The translations under genes and the position numbers were made by a program. DNA of 64,000 nucleotides from Gnetum montanum (lineage: Eukaryota; Plantae; Gnetophyta). Below the pieces are notes generated by a model that searched no databases, was not told the DNA's origin, and worked only from the letters and a program-made list of their open reading frames with translations. Position 1 is the first letter of the stretch. Each line of letters begins with the position of its first letter. Below are positions 42,566-56,145 of the stretch, piece after piece. The stretch is from contig MNCI01002748.1 in the NCBI GenBank assembly GCA_015680685.1, positions 317,617 through 381,616 on the forward strand, written 5' to 3'.

Positions 42566-45420
42566 ATGGCACCTAAAGAAAAGCATGCACAGGAAGGAGG
42601 ACCATCCCAACCAAAGGACAAATAGTTATGAATCAAAAGGGACCAAGAATAGCCCCATGAGCAAGTAGAGGCCCATGCAATAGGACCTCTTTGGAAGGAG
42701 CCCGAAGTGGATACTGTCAAAAATAATTTTAAAGAAATGGCTACAATAGAACAATCTCACAAAGATAAGGCACTTGAACCTAGAACAAACTTGGAGGTTA
42801 CCTTGACAAAGGCTTGCCTCAAGCAGATCACGAATAAGGAGGTCTAGAAATTGATGCTCCAAGAGTTAAACTTTAGACCTTTCTTGGAGTTTGCATCACT
42901 AGAAGTCAAAACTCAACTACAGAACTCTCCCATGTGGCCCACAATCACTTCCAGCGGGGAGTGGTACATAGGAGAAACACACTTGTTCTAGAACAATTGG
43001 CAGGCTAGTTCAATGATCAAGATCAAGGAAATTTTAGTGTTTTACTTGGTGAAAGCCATTGTAAAGGTCCTTAGGTTGTGAGAAACTAGGACAAAATTTG
43101 CTAAAATTCCAATGCAAGTAGATCCTGATGTCAAGAAAGAATGAACACAATGGTGTTATGGAGTAGACCACAAGGAGTTTGGTGCACTAACCATGACAGA
43201 ACGTGCATATTTCAAGATTGTGACCTTTCACCTCAATCCAACAGTGAGGCCAAGCAAAATTACAGCTTTCTCTACCCATGCATATGCCACTCTAAGAAGC
43301 AAATTCCCAATCAACTTTTCACAACTAAGCTATCTTGAGATAGAGAAGTGGTTTAAAGAAAATGAATGTGGAAAGAAGGCAATCCACTTCCCATGTCTCA
43401 TCCATAAATTATGCTAGAGGGGAGGAATAACATGCTACACAAATGACATCGTCTGACACACTCCAACCACCTCATGGACAAAAATTATGAAGGACAAGGT
43501 ACTTGCTAAATTCATCTAAGAAGAGTAGCAACAACCACCTCCATCACCTACTCATGAAACAACGTCGAAGTCCAACACTACCCTTGAGTGCATGTGCAAG
43601 ATCTAAGAGTAGCTTTTGTGAGAGTAGGAGCAATGAGCAAGAACAAGTGGTGGTGATCCATCTATGTATCACTTAACAATGAGCCATCTCAAGAAAGTGA
43701 ATTGAACCATAAGCTAGATGGAAGGAGGTGGACCAATTTTCTCAAGCCAAAGAATGTAGCTACTCATGAAATCAAATCCTAGTTCTTGAGAGATAACAAC
43801 ATTTCTCTCTCAATAACAGTAATTCCCAAAAATCTCTAGGAACATTGCTACTTTTTTGGTACATCTAGAGGAGGGTAAGGGGATAACTGTCTTGGTGATG
43901 TAGCACCATGGGCAAGAGATGTTGCAGTGGTTGTTGCTAATAGAATTGTTAAAGCATCAAATGCACCTATAGCATTTGTATCAAATGTTTCTACACTTAG
44001 AGATGTGTAGACATTTGTAGGAATCCTTAATAGTAGATTGAGTATAGCCCAACATGAGGAGCTGTTGGACCGACTGGTGGGGACCAAGCAACTAATTTTA
44101 AATTTCTTTGATATTCTAGATACCATCACTACAACTTAGTTGAAACTACTTGAAGCAAGGGGAAAATGCATCATAATGGAGGAAAAACTAGAAACAACTA
44201 GAGCACAAAACCAATGCTTAGCTTCAAAGGTTTTTGAATTAAGAGCCCATCTTGCTAATCCTGCATTTCTCAACCCTACACTAACTTGTGATGAAGCTTT
44301 CAAATAGCTTCAGGACAAGCTCAAAAAGGTTGAGGACGCAAAGGAGATGGTCATCTTTGACCAATCCTTGGCCAATTCCATAATGCACAACATCTAGAAG
44401 GACTTGGCCCAGATGCATTAAGAGAACGAGATTTTGACTGTAGAGAATAATCGCCTATGGAATGTTAATGTGTAGAAGTAGCAAATGGTCGATTTCATTC
44501 ATCAATAGTAGGAGTAGCAAGCCAAAGTAAACAATGAACTAAGGATATTGGTAGAAGAAAATTGAAATCTCTCCATGGAGGAAGTCCATGCTCTTCGCAA
44601 AAAATTTGCAATAGAGATAGTTGCTCGAAAAATAAGGCTCTCAAATTTGAGAGAGTCAAGGACCATTACAAATATTAGGTTAGTCTATAGAAATAAATTA
44701 ATAAGAAATACATTTAGATGACGAAGGAAAAATCAATGAGGTCCTCCAAAAGCTCAAGGAAGGAGGTGATGTCTAGTAGCATATCTTTGATGGGCTCAAT
44801 GACTACAACAAAGCAAAGATATGCATGATAGAGCTACAGATTAAGAAAATGACAAAGTACATGAAGCTTGCCAATCTCCATTATGCAAACTTGATGATGC
44901 TGACTACCAATAGGTCATGGTTAGAATTGGAGAAACAAGTGGCCAACTCATACTTGTTGTATGAGGCAGAGTTCAAGCATCATAAAGACACCAAGTAGAA
45001 GCTTGAATTTCCAATGCTAAACTCAATGTTCTCAAGGAAAAGTTCACTAATCAATGATCAACTACTGAGAACCTAGCTAAGTGAATGAACGATTACTAGA
45101 AGCTACACAATGCACTTAGAGTGTTTGATATTAGACGTAAGCAGTTTGTTGTTTGGTTCATGAATGTTAAGGAGTTGTTTCCTACAATGCCTTATCTATG
45201 GGATGTTCCCATCCTAGCCAATATTAGAGATGTAGCATGGACTATGAATGATCCTTGGAGTAAGGAAGAGAATATGAAGGCACTATTGGACATCTTTCAT
45301 CTTCCACCAGAAGTTGTAGCTACCGTAGGACAACCACAACTACCTCAACCACCGCATGCACCTAAAGTAGAAGAAGTTCCTTTGGAATCTCGGGAGCCTT
45401 GACCACCTAGGACCATTTGA
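42566..45420 (+). pseudogene. Extra (env-position) ORF remnant of element C
   Basis: Starts MAPKEKHAQEGGPSQP. Contains AYFKIVTFHLNP..KFPINF..YLEIEK..HFPCLIHKLC and a coiled-coil-like C-terminal half. Confidence 0.85.
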
Positions 45421-45650
45421 TCTTCTTCATCATCTTCATGTCATCAAAGGAATTTTGTTTGTTAATTTTATCCTAGTTTCAATTTTGTTGTCCTAAACAC
45501 CAAAATTTTTTTAATCATTGTAAAACAGTACACTTGGGCACTTATTTTTTGTTTTGTTTTTTGTATGTTTGTTTTGTCAATCAATAATCCCATACCTTCC
45601 CAAACTTTGTAAAGAACTAAAGGATGAGTTTTCATTCCATCGTAGGAGTA

Positions 45651-46556
45651 TGATAAGTCACATGGTTTGGCCGCATCAATGAGATGTCGTCCATGCGAGC
45701 CCATCGATGGAATCTCATCAACATGATCTCGTCGATGTAGGGTTTGACCCATTGATGTGTACCTATCGATGAGGCTCCCTATTTTTCCTATAAATGTGCT
45801 CCTACCCCCCACATTTATGGCATCTCTTCCATAGTTGTAACAAACGTTCTTGCAATTTTTCCATTCAAAAGTTGGAATATTTTGTAAGTGTCCACAGTAG
45901 GAGTCAAAGAGTGTATGGATCAGTATTCAAGCAATGTTGTACCTAAGCACTATAGTGTGTGTGGAAATAAAGACAAGCTTTCTAATAAACCTTGCAGCAC
46001 TTTGAAATAGATTAATTTTTTTACTTAGGCATTTAATATTTCAAGTAATTTCCTTTAATTTTTTTAGTAATTAAGTAATTAAATGATTAATTAAGATATA
46101 TTAAATAGAAATTAATTAAAGCACTTGAGTATGACCACTGCAAGCATATGCTTGGCAATTGGTAATCCCAGTAACACTTAATGTTGTTGACCCAGCAGTG
46201 TTAAACGTGTTCAGGATGTATACGACAAGTGAGAACAAATGCTTATGTTAGGAATAGTGAGGCATTAGTTAATTCTTAAATCAATTAGTTAGTTAAACAT
46301 TAAAATTACTTTATTTTGTATTCTTTAACAACCTAATTGATAAAAGATAAAATGATAAAAATCACATACCTCAGTTACACTTAACCATACCATTGAACTT
46401 CATAAGTGGAACTAGGAAGACAACGATTACAATAGTTAGTTTCACCTCTTAGAATCAGTGTACAAAGAAATCTAAAGTCTTTAGAATTCAATTGAATTGC
46501 TAAGTGAACGCCAGTGATTCATATGGTTGGGCGTAGAGTATACTCACTAGTCATCA
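45651..46556 (+). repeat. 3' LTR of element C
   Basis: TGATAAG...GTCATCA after the PPT catcgtaggagta. Confidence 0.93.
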
Positions 46557-47530
46557 TTTGAACAACAATCTTTAGGGACGTCCATCATTTTTTTCATTTG
46601 TGCAAGCACTACCAAAGGGATGGAGGGATGAAAATATGAATGGAAGGATCCCAATAGTAGATCTAATCACTAAAGCTTTTCGACCTTTGGAGCATTGACC
46701 TCATGGGATCCATCAACCCCATATCCAATGAAAAGGCATATATCATAGTAGCAGTTGACTACTACACCAAGTGGGTTGAAGTTGTAGCCATCAACAACTG
46801 TTCATCTTTTACTATAGCATGGTTTGTTTAACAAAGTGTGGTAAATGGGATTTGCATTCCAAGGACACTTATTTCTAATATCAAAACTCACTTTACAGAT
46901 GCTAATTTTCAAATACTAATGTAACACTTAGGGGTGCAACATAAATTAATAACTTCCTATCATCCCCAAGTTAATGGTCAAGCTGAAGTTACTAATAGGG
47001 AAATGACCATAATACTAACATGCACCATTAGTAAATATAGAAAGAACTAGAGCACAAAACTTAATGATGCTCTATGGGCTCATTAATCAACCTAAAAACT
47101 TCCTATTGGTTATTCTCCCTATGAGTTGATGTATAAAAAATTACCAATACTTCTAATCCAAGCTAAGCTATGTACCTTTTCAATGGCCTGTGAGCTTAAC
47201 CTTAATCTAAGTCTAGTATAAAAGGAACATCTAATAACACTAAATGTTCTAAATGAGAACCAACAAGTAGCCCTATCAATGAATGAAGTGCATAAGGCAT
47301 ATGCCAAACAATGTTATGATGCATGAATAAGAAGAGTTAAATTTCAACTAGGTGATAAGGTTCTTTATTAAAACCCCATGCATGTACCACGTACAAAGTT
47401 TTAAATGCTATGGGAAGGACCTTACATCATTCATGCAACTTTTCCTTCCAGTGCCATCATAATTTACCACCCTACAAGCCCAAAAAAGTGGTTGTTAATC
47501 AACATTCAACAAGTGAAGCCTTTTGTGAAC
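46557..47530 (+). pseudogene. gag-pol remnant of element B, part 2 (integrase core and C-terminus)
   Basis: AVDYYTKWVE, TSYHPQVNGQAE and WEGPY motifs continue the integrase interrupted at 33757. Confidence 0.92.
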
Positions 47531-49599
47531 CTAGAATAACCAATAGCACTACCACCTTAAAAAATGAATGTGTACTTTATTTTTCAGATCTACTTCTTTC
47601 AACTCATTCAAGAGGAAGATGGTCACCCATATTAATATTCTATGAAGGCTGCCTAATTTTTTCACCTTTTTGATTTACCTTGTTCTTCATAAGATTTCCA
47701 TTTTCTTTAATATCTTACTACTTCTTTTATATATTTTACTATGTTTGTTTTATCTTATGTGTTGTTTTGTTTTGTTCATTATGAAATCATTAGTTTTTAT
47801 CATGGCTACTGCTACTACTGGAAGTTAATTAATATAGTATTTAATGTTATGATTGATTGCTAAATGATCAATTTTATTTATAGATTATGTCCTTAATTAA
47901 TAGATTATTAATTTTCTAATGATATCAGACAATGAGTTCATAACATCCATACATTCCATCTACTTTATGGAGCTTTATACAATGGGAGCATGGGGTTCTT
48001 CCATAATGGGAACTTAAAGTAATCAATGATCTTGTTACTTAACAAATTCAAAACAGACCAAGTGGGAATGGACAAGGATGTGACTTAAGGAGATTTTTCA
48101 TCTTTTATTTCCAACATCTTTCTCGAGCTTTATGATGCTTCTCCATTGATCTCTCATCACTCCTATTTTTGACCATAACAAGAAACATATCTTTTACATG
48201 GTGTGGTTTCCATGAAAAAAAAAATAACAAAAACACACAACACAAGAAATCAAAGCACACCCCTTAGACAAAATAATGGGTTATAAGCATTGGTTATGGA
48301 GCTAAATTGACATGTTACCCATGCCTAAAGGCACCCCTCTAACTAAGGCCCTTCCTATCTTTCTTCTTCTCTTTTCTTCTATTCTTGAAGTGGTGATTGT
48401 CCTTTGTGAGTTGTCATGAACTCTTGATGGTCGAAGGGACAAGATATGGTAAAAGTCACTAAAAGTGGATGAACTTGGTCTCAACTAAGGATGGAATAGT
48501 ATCAGACCATATTAATTGCCAACTTCACAAGGACTTTATGTGACTAGGATAAGAATCTCTTACCATTCTCTCTCTACAATCATTCTTATTTTACCACCAA
48601 CCACCTCACTACCTTCTACCATTGTTAATTAATGTATTTTTTTATGGTAGTGACATAAACCTTGAATGATCTCTCACATGGATTTGAATTTCAACTTATA
48701 ATGACCATTAATCATTCTTGGTGCCTATGGACTCCTTGTGATGAGAGAATGCAAGGGCCTCATAGGCATAAGTCTACTTTGGGGAGGATCCACTTGCATA
48801 TCCTTTGGTCTCTCTAAGTTAAACTTCCTATCCCTTGATCATTTCTATGATCAATCTCATCAACTTATATTCCAAATGTCCAATTTTTCTTTCTTTTGGA
48901 ATTGGCAATTCATCTAAATCCAATGTACTCTCCTCTTCCAATGAAATTACAATCCTCTTCTATATTTTTTCATCATTCTATGTTTTTCTCACTCCCATTC
49001 GGCTCTTGTTTCATTTCCAAACTCAATCAAAATTCCTCATTTTTATATGCAAAAGTTGATTATAAACAACTATGTCGACATAGTCCTATCGATGTAGTGG
49101 GATTCATCGATGTAGCCCTGTCGACACATCCTTGTTGACACAGCATAAAAATGCTATATATATGCATGACACTTAACCATTTTTGCATCATTTCTCACAA
49201 ACTCAAAAAGAGTTTTTCAATTTTTCAAAGCCCAAGAACCTTTCAAGAGTTATAACTCTTAAACTGCTAACCCGATTCAACTCATTTTTTGATCCTCGAG
49301 CTATCGAAGATAAGCTTTACATCGTGGGGACATAAACCTTTGGTTTTTTTTTTTAATGTTTTGAAATTTTTCTAACTTCCCAAGGTTTACCCATTAAAAA
49401 AATATTAAATTACTCATCCCAAATGGGTTAAACCTAACAAACAAACTCCAGTAGCTAACCAATAAAATAATATTAAAATAATATAACTCACCAAGATCAT
49501 AAACAAGCCTAACTATAACCCAATCTAATAAGAAAGGTATTAAAAGAACTAAGGGTTATGAAATAAAAAGCTAATCCTAGGGTATGTTTGTGATCAAAA

Positions 49600-52400
49600 A
49601 TGGAACAAAAGAGAGAATTGCAAGTGGGAGGACCTTCCTAGCCTAAGAAGAAATGACCAAGATGAGGAAGGGACCAACAAAAACAACCATAGTAACCCCA
49701 AAAGCAAGTAGCTGAGATGACCCATGCAATAGGACCTCTTTAGGAGGAGCTTGAAGTGGAATCTATCTGACAAATTCCCACTACAAAAATAGGGTAGTTT
49801 AGGAAGGATGAAGTCCCTAGGTAAGGCTAAATCTTGAAGCTACCCTCATAGAGGCCTTCTTGGAGAAAATAAGAACCAAGGAGATTCATAGTTCTATTCT
49901 CCAAGAGTTGAACTTTGGATCCTTCTTGGAATTAACATTAGAAAAAGTTTGCACACAACTATAAGGCTCTTCCATGTGGTCCATTCTCTTTGACAATGAA
50001 GAATGGTACATGGGGGAGACCTACTTATTCTAGAACAAACGACAAGGAGATGCATCCATAAAAATTCAAGACATTACCATCTTCTACTCAGTTGAGACCA
50101 TTGCGGAGGTCCTTGATTTGTCCAACACTAGAATAAAGTTGGTAGAAATTTCTACACAAGCAGACCGTAAAGCTAAGAAGGAGTGGATCCAACATTAGTA
50201 TGGAGTGAATCATAAGAACTACAATGTCCTCACCAAAGTGAAGCATGCATATTTCAAGATTGTGACCTATCACCTGAATCTAATGGTGAAGCTCAACAAG
50301 GTAACAACCTTCTCCACCCAGGCATGCACTACTCTAAGTGGAAAATTCTCATTCAACCTTCCCTAGCTCATCTATTTGGAAATTGAAAAGCACTTCAAGA
50401 AAAATGAGAAGGGAAGGAAGAAACTCCCCTTTCCATGCCTCATTTACAAATTGTGCAAGAGGGGAGGGATAGTATGCTATGCCAACAATATGGTTTTCCA
50501 TGCTCCTACCACATCATGACAAGAGATGATTAAGGATAAGGCAATAGCTAAGCTGCAAGAAGAGGAGAGGCCACCACCACCACCACCTATAGAAGAAACT
50601 ACATCAAAGATGCTTGCAGTTGCTGAAAGGCTCAAAAAGATCCATGAGCAATAGCTATAGCAATAGCAAGGCTCAACAAGTGGTGGGGAGTCTTTGATTT
50701 ACCATCTAGCCTTGAGCCATCTCAATACAATGACCAAGATCATCAGCTAGCTAGACCAAAAAATAGCCCCATTATTCTCAGCTCAAAGAGACCAGGTGCT
50801 TGTAAGATCTAATCCAAGTACCTAAGAGATCATAATATCCATTCCTAAACAAACATTTCCCAAAATTTTAGGAAATGTTGCAACCTTCTTTATCAGGTTA
50901 GAGGAAGATGAGGAGGTGACTATCTTGGTCATGTAGTACAAATGCCTAGAGATAGCAGTGAAAGTGGTAGATGATAGGGTGGTTGAAGTCGTGAATGCTC
51001 CTATGATGGCCTATTAGACATTATTGTAATGACAGACATCCATGCATCCACAAGAGCATGGAATGATTGGTTAAGCATTGTCAAACACAAGGAAGTATTG
51101 GAATGACTAGTTGGAGTCAAGCAACCACTTCCAAAGATCTTCAATCTTCTAGATGATATTGTTGCAAACTAGTCGCAGCTGTTAGAGATAAAGGGGAAAT
51201 TGCTAATTGTCAATGCTTAATTGAAGGTAGCCACCAATGCCAATCCTTAGTTGGCTATCAAAGTTGCAGAACTACATGCTCGTTTCTCTAACCCTTCCAT
51301 TTTCAAGCCAAAGCTAATTAGGGATGAAGCTTTCCAGTAGCTTCAACACAAATTGCAAGAGGCCAAGAATGCAAAGAAGGTCAAAAGCCATGCCTTTCAA
51401 CACTAATAAGGACTTGTCGAAAGTCCAAAAGAAGAAGTTGATCTTGATCAAGGATAATCATCATCTGTAGAATGTTGAGGAATAAAAGGACCAAATGGTC
51501 GAATTTGTTTGCCAACAACAAGAGCAACTAGCTAAGGAGGTTGGCAGTAGAGAATTGCAATCTCTCAATGAAGGAAGTCCATGCACTTCACCAAAAGACA
51601 ACCATTGAGGTAGTCACTTGGAAGAATGAGGTCCTAAAATTTGAACAGGTGAAAAATCATTATAGGAACTAGGTTGGGCTCCTTAAAGAGGTTAATAATA
51701 AAGAGATTCAATGGCAATGGCAAAGATGAGCATGTCGCTTCTACAACTCCAACAAAGAGGTAATGTGTGGTAACCCATCTTTGATGGACTAAATGTACAC
51801 AACAAGGGTAAAATTTACCTAAAGGAGTTGCAAATCAAGGAAAAGTCAAAATACATGGAGCTCACCAACCTCTATTATGCAAACCTAGCGATGCTGATAG
51901 AAGGAAGACCAAGAACAAAGTTGGAAAAATAGGTGACCATTTCTTACCTCCTTTATGAGGAAAAATTCAAGCATCACAAGGAGACAAAACAAGATTTGGA
52001 GATAACAAACACAAAGCTTGAAGTTCTCAAGAGCAAATTCACTAATGAACGATTTGTTGCTGAGAACCTAACCAGAAGGATAAACAATTACCATGAGATG
52101 TAAAACCTAATAAAGACCCTTGACATCGAACGTAAGCAATCCACAACTTGGTTCATCAACATGAAGGAACTATCTTCTTCAATGTCACAACCATGGAACA
52201 TCCCTACACTAGCCCACATCAGTGAAGCCATGTGCATTGCTTATGGTCCACGTGACAAGGAAGAAAAGATGAAAGCATTGTTGGATACTTTCAAACTCCT
52301 AACAGAAGAAAAGGTAGCAATAGGTTAGCCTTAACCTCCACTAGTGCCAAAACTTGGTGAAGGACCTTCAACACCACAAGAGCCTCTACCTCCAAGCATT
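49600..52400 (+). pseudogene. Extra (env-position) ORF remnant of element B
   Basis: Starts MEQKRELQVGGPS. Contains LPFPCLIYKLC and EEERPPPPPP. Colinear with the A and C copies. End approximate. Confidence 0.85.
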
Positions 52401-52645
52401 TTTTGGGAATCCATCATGTCTTTGGCAATACTACAGGTACCTACTCTAGTTTTTGTAAAGTGTCCAATTTTGTTATAATGGACACTAATTTTTGAAACAA
52501 TGTACAATCTGGCACTCAAAGTTAGTAGAGCCAATCTATTTGTTTGTTTTCCTTCTTGTTAATAAATTCCATACTTAAATTTTGTATGAAGTTTAATCCT
52601 ACTTTTGTTCACTTGAGGACAAGTATTCAGTCAATCATGGAGGTA

Positions 52646-53604
52646 TGATGAGTCATAATTAAATAGGCTATGTTGACAAATATGCATTGATGCAACCATG
52701 TCGACATATCCCTATTGATGCATAGTAGAATGCATTGACGCAGATGCGTCAATATAGCCTTGTTAACGTATCCCCATCAATGCATGGTTGGATGTGTTGA
52801 CGCATATGCATCAACGCTAATGTAGGAAGGGCCTATATAAATGTGCTTACCACCCACATTTATGATACTTAGAATTCATAGCATAGCAAAGTTCTTGCAA
52901 TTTCTTTTTTCCAGAGTTAGACTATTTTCCCTTTGAGTGCCTATAGTGTGAATTTAAGAGATTTTACAATGCTTTATTCGAGTGCCTATGTACTTGAACA
53001 CATTGGCATGAACGACAAAAAAGTCAAGATTTCCTATCTTCATTGCAGCACTGAGATTAGTTCACTCTTTACATTCATCACTTTACTTTAAATGTAATTT
53101 ACATTTATGGCCTTAAATAATTAATGTAATTAATCATAAATACATTAGTACAACCACTTTGAGCATAATGTATTATACTTGGTAATTCCAGTAGTTGATA
53201 TTTGGTATGCCTAATAATAGTCACTTAGTAACCTAGTAGCGTTAATGTGAGTTCAAAATATGTACAGCAAGCGGGAACGGTTACTCTATATTAGGATAGT
53301 TAATGATTAGATTAGCCAATTAGTTAGCTCATTAATTGTTAAATCTTCATCCACTCATCTAGTTGTTAGGATAATATACATACATACATGCATACAACCA
53401 TACATCATGTGCTTTAACTCACATTTAACCATACATGTTGATAACACAAGTGTGAGTTAAGAAGACAACGATCATACAACTCCACAATTCATTGTTTAGA
53501 ACTATAGGCAAACTTAAGAGACTAAGTCTACAGAATTTGACCAAATCACTAGTGAATGCTTGTCATTTGTATGGTTGGGTATAGGGGATACTCGTCACTG
53601 ATCA
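52646..53604 (+). repeat. 3' LTR of element B
   Basis: TGATGAG...CTGATCA. Has one more U3 repeat unit than the 5' LTR. Confidence 0.93.
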
Positions 53605-53749
53605 ATTATGATAGTAACAAGCTATTAGAATGAAATAAAGTAATGATGATGTTTGCTATTTTGTTTATGGAAGATTGTATATATTATGTTTTGCATAAAA
53701 CTATAATTCCATGGTATTTTAGTTTTTTTTAATAAAAATAATTTTTCAT

Positions 53750-53880
53750 TGTAAGATATGGGTTCAAGTCTAGGTGCAACCATTCAAAAGAGGTTATGCT
53801 TTTGCTTATCCACTACCCTCTTAGGATGCCACCTTGGTGGGATGAGCATTGAGCCTTTGGTTGATGATCCTAGTTTTTTA
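53750..53880 (+). mobile_element. Possible decayed tRNA-derived SINE
   Basis: B-box-like gggttcaagtc, a short GC-richer body and a T-rich tail. No A box or TSD seen. Confidence 0.35.
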
Positions 53881-55727
53881 CTAAACATTTATTGCTAATT
53901 CGTTTTTGTGATTAAATCATGACAACGATAGCAAAATATTAAGCTAATAACATTGCAAAATATTTTGCACTTAGGGGTGTAGGACAATTGGTTATGACAC
54001 TATTGTAAGTTCAATTCTTTCTCAATTTTTGTTTTTCTTACCATTTTTGTACAATTTTCTATGTAAATATTTTTAGTTCTTCCCATGTTGCTTCAAAGCT
54101 TAAATTTTGAACCCTTTAGCCATTTCATATGTAGTGAAGTTATTGTCATTTCATATCTATTGAAGTTATTGTAAATGATTGCAAGGAACATAAAGATGTT
54201 AGGGTTTATTAGGTAGACAATTTGAGGATCATAATTTATTTCTAACCATTATGCTAAGATGACTGATCTCTATATTTATTATTTAAACATCTTGTTTTGT
54301 TGATCATTTTGATTTCATTTTTTTCTTTTAAGGGAACCAAGTGATATGACATTAAGAATAATGATATAAATTAATTGTAACCCTTTACAACCAACTAATT
54401 TCCACAATTCTAAAATATTTCTTCCTTCAAATAAAATTATATCCAAATATTTACTTCTAAGGCTAGCCCACTCCCGCTCACATTTAACTTAATCCATTCA
54501 AAAATTACTTATAACACCCTTAATAATATAGCTAAGGGTAAAAGCATTAACTATTAGAAGGTTGGCTTGAATGCCATTGTATTAGAAGGCAATCCATCAT
54601 TTCTAAAATGATAAATCATATAAATAATAAACTAAAAAAATTACAACGATTTAAAGTTTTTTCTAATAAATTTAAGTCATGAAAATGGTTTAATAATGTG
54701 TATCCTTAAAAAAAGGAATCAAACAAGATTTAATAATTTAAAATACTTTATCAATGTAATAAATTATATTATTACAAAATTTTGGATGTGAAAAATAAGA
54801 AGAAATTTTACTCCAAAATAATTTAACACAAATTTGTACACGAAAATAAATTATGCATACTAATATACTCTAATGCAATTGCTTCAAGAATATGAAATAT
54901 TAAGGCATAAATAAGTTTAATTAACATTAACTAATAGAATTTTCACATAATGTCCTTGACTTAAACTCTTTTCCTATAAGCCTATTATATCATTTTTGTC
55001 CACCATAACTTGTATATCTTGTATAAGATGTAAATTTTTTAATTGGTGTTTTCTTGGTATTTTCATAATCATAAAAAGAAAATTTTTTAATTCAATGTTT
55101 TCCAAACTTGTAACATATACATTTCCCCTTTCCAATATATCTATACGGTACACCAACCTAATTAAATTCCAGTTTCAGCGTTTTTGCACCAAAATATTAC
55201 CAAAAATACATATATTTACGGTACTTAAGCTCCCCTAAAAGTAAAGATCGCATTTTCACATGGTTGAATTATATACGGTATTCTCTCCTCACAACATGCT
55301 GGCAAATAACCCTAAACCCTAAATCCCTGCATTTTTGCTACATAAAAAGGCAGTTTGGCTTTTTAGTAATACTAAATAAAACCTAGCTTGAAATATCGAA
55401 ACGATGGAGGACATTTTTGAACCGAAATTCAAAAGCAAGAAAGTGGAAGAAGTCTCAGTTTAATGACATGATTCAACTAGGCTACAAGTACTTCGCAGTC
55501 CCCAAAACAATTTAATGCAAAATATTCCATGAAATTGCTATGAAGTGCAAACAGGAATTTGCCCCTATTCATAACACATGTAAGGGCATATCAAATACTA
55601 ATAACTAATGAATATTTTATTAATGAAATCAGTGTATAATTCAGGCACACGTCCATTTAATCCAAAAACTCAAGAAACAGTTTCGTGAAAAAAAGTACAG
55701 ACTATTAATCCTTATTTCTCTCCAACA

Positions 55728-55775
55728 TCATTTTGGCTTCTCTTGTTTCTTCGGTTCTTTGATTTTAAAAGGAGA
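55728..55775 (-). CDS. Terminal coding exon of a predicted 49-aa single-pass microprotein (SPFKIKEPKKQEKPK*)
   Basis: Acceptor ttcattgtactgcag| in phase 0 with exon 1. TGA at 55728-55730. Lies in non-repetitive sequence. Confidence 0.65.
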   Translation of the reverse strand, partial: SPFKIKEPKKQEKPK

Positions 55776-56145
55776 CTGCAGTACAATGAAACCGTTCAGA
55801 TCAGATACATAATTATAAAAAAACGCTTTGTTAATTCCCAAGCAGTAACAATCCAAGTTTGTGGGCAAATAAATATAAACAACAATGAGCATCTTACAAA
55901 TATCATAATATTTATAACGATTTTCAGAACTCAAACTTGTTTTAGAGGTACAGCATATATATTAGACATTCCTAAAAAAGCTCAGCACATGAAGGCAAAA
56001 TACCCATAGTTTATACGATAAGAAATAAAACATGTACAGAGGAAACAACAAAGAAATAGGATTAACATATACTGCCTGGAGTATGCATTTAACACCCTAA
56101 AGAATTTCTCAAGCTTTCTCACAATTAGGATTTGGAATGTAATGG

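Larger units (their letters stand above)
33758..46556 (+). mobile_element. Full-length decayed Athila-like element C nested in the integrase of B
   Basis: LTRs at 33758-34609 and 45651-46556, PBS, PPT. tttg is duplicated at both flanks. Removing it rejoins the B integrase (..MARY|..TIFRD). Confidence 0.94.
27599..53604 (+). mobile_element. Full-length decayed Athila-like element B, carrying nested element C
   Basis: Matching LTRs at 27599-28497 and 52646-53604, PBS, and PPT (caatcatggaggta). Flanks atttt/attat fit a 5-bp TSD with one mismatch. Confidence 0.93.

Noticed and set aside
42262-42568. Spliced leader intron (AAG|GTAAGC ... ctaat ... caaATG) before the extra ORF
   Set aside because: The GT donor is present only in C (A and B read gat), and none of the copies has AG before the ATG. 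A decayed acceptor cannot be excluded.
48302-48484. Antisense ORF through the conserved spacer (RALVRGVPLGMGNMS)
   Set aside because: Short, frameshifted in C, flanked by length-variable tracts, and conserved at all codon positions. This fits a non-coding constraint better.
55250-55340. aaccctaaaccctaaa as a telomerase RNA template or telomere
   Set aside because: Only about two repeats, no properly spaced USE-TATA, no G-rich 5' stem, and TTTTT follows almost immediately. At most a telo-box.
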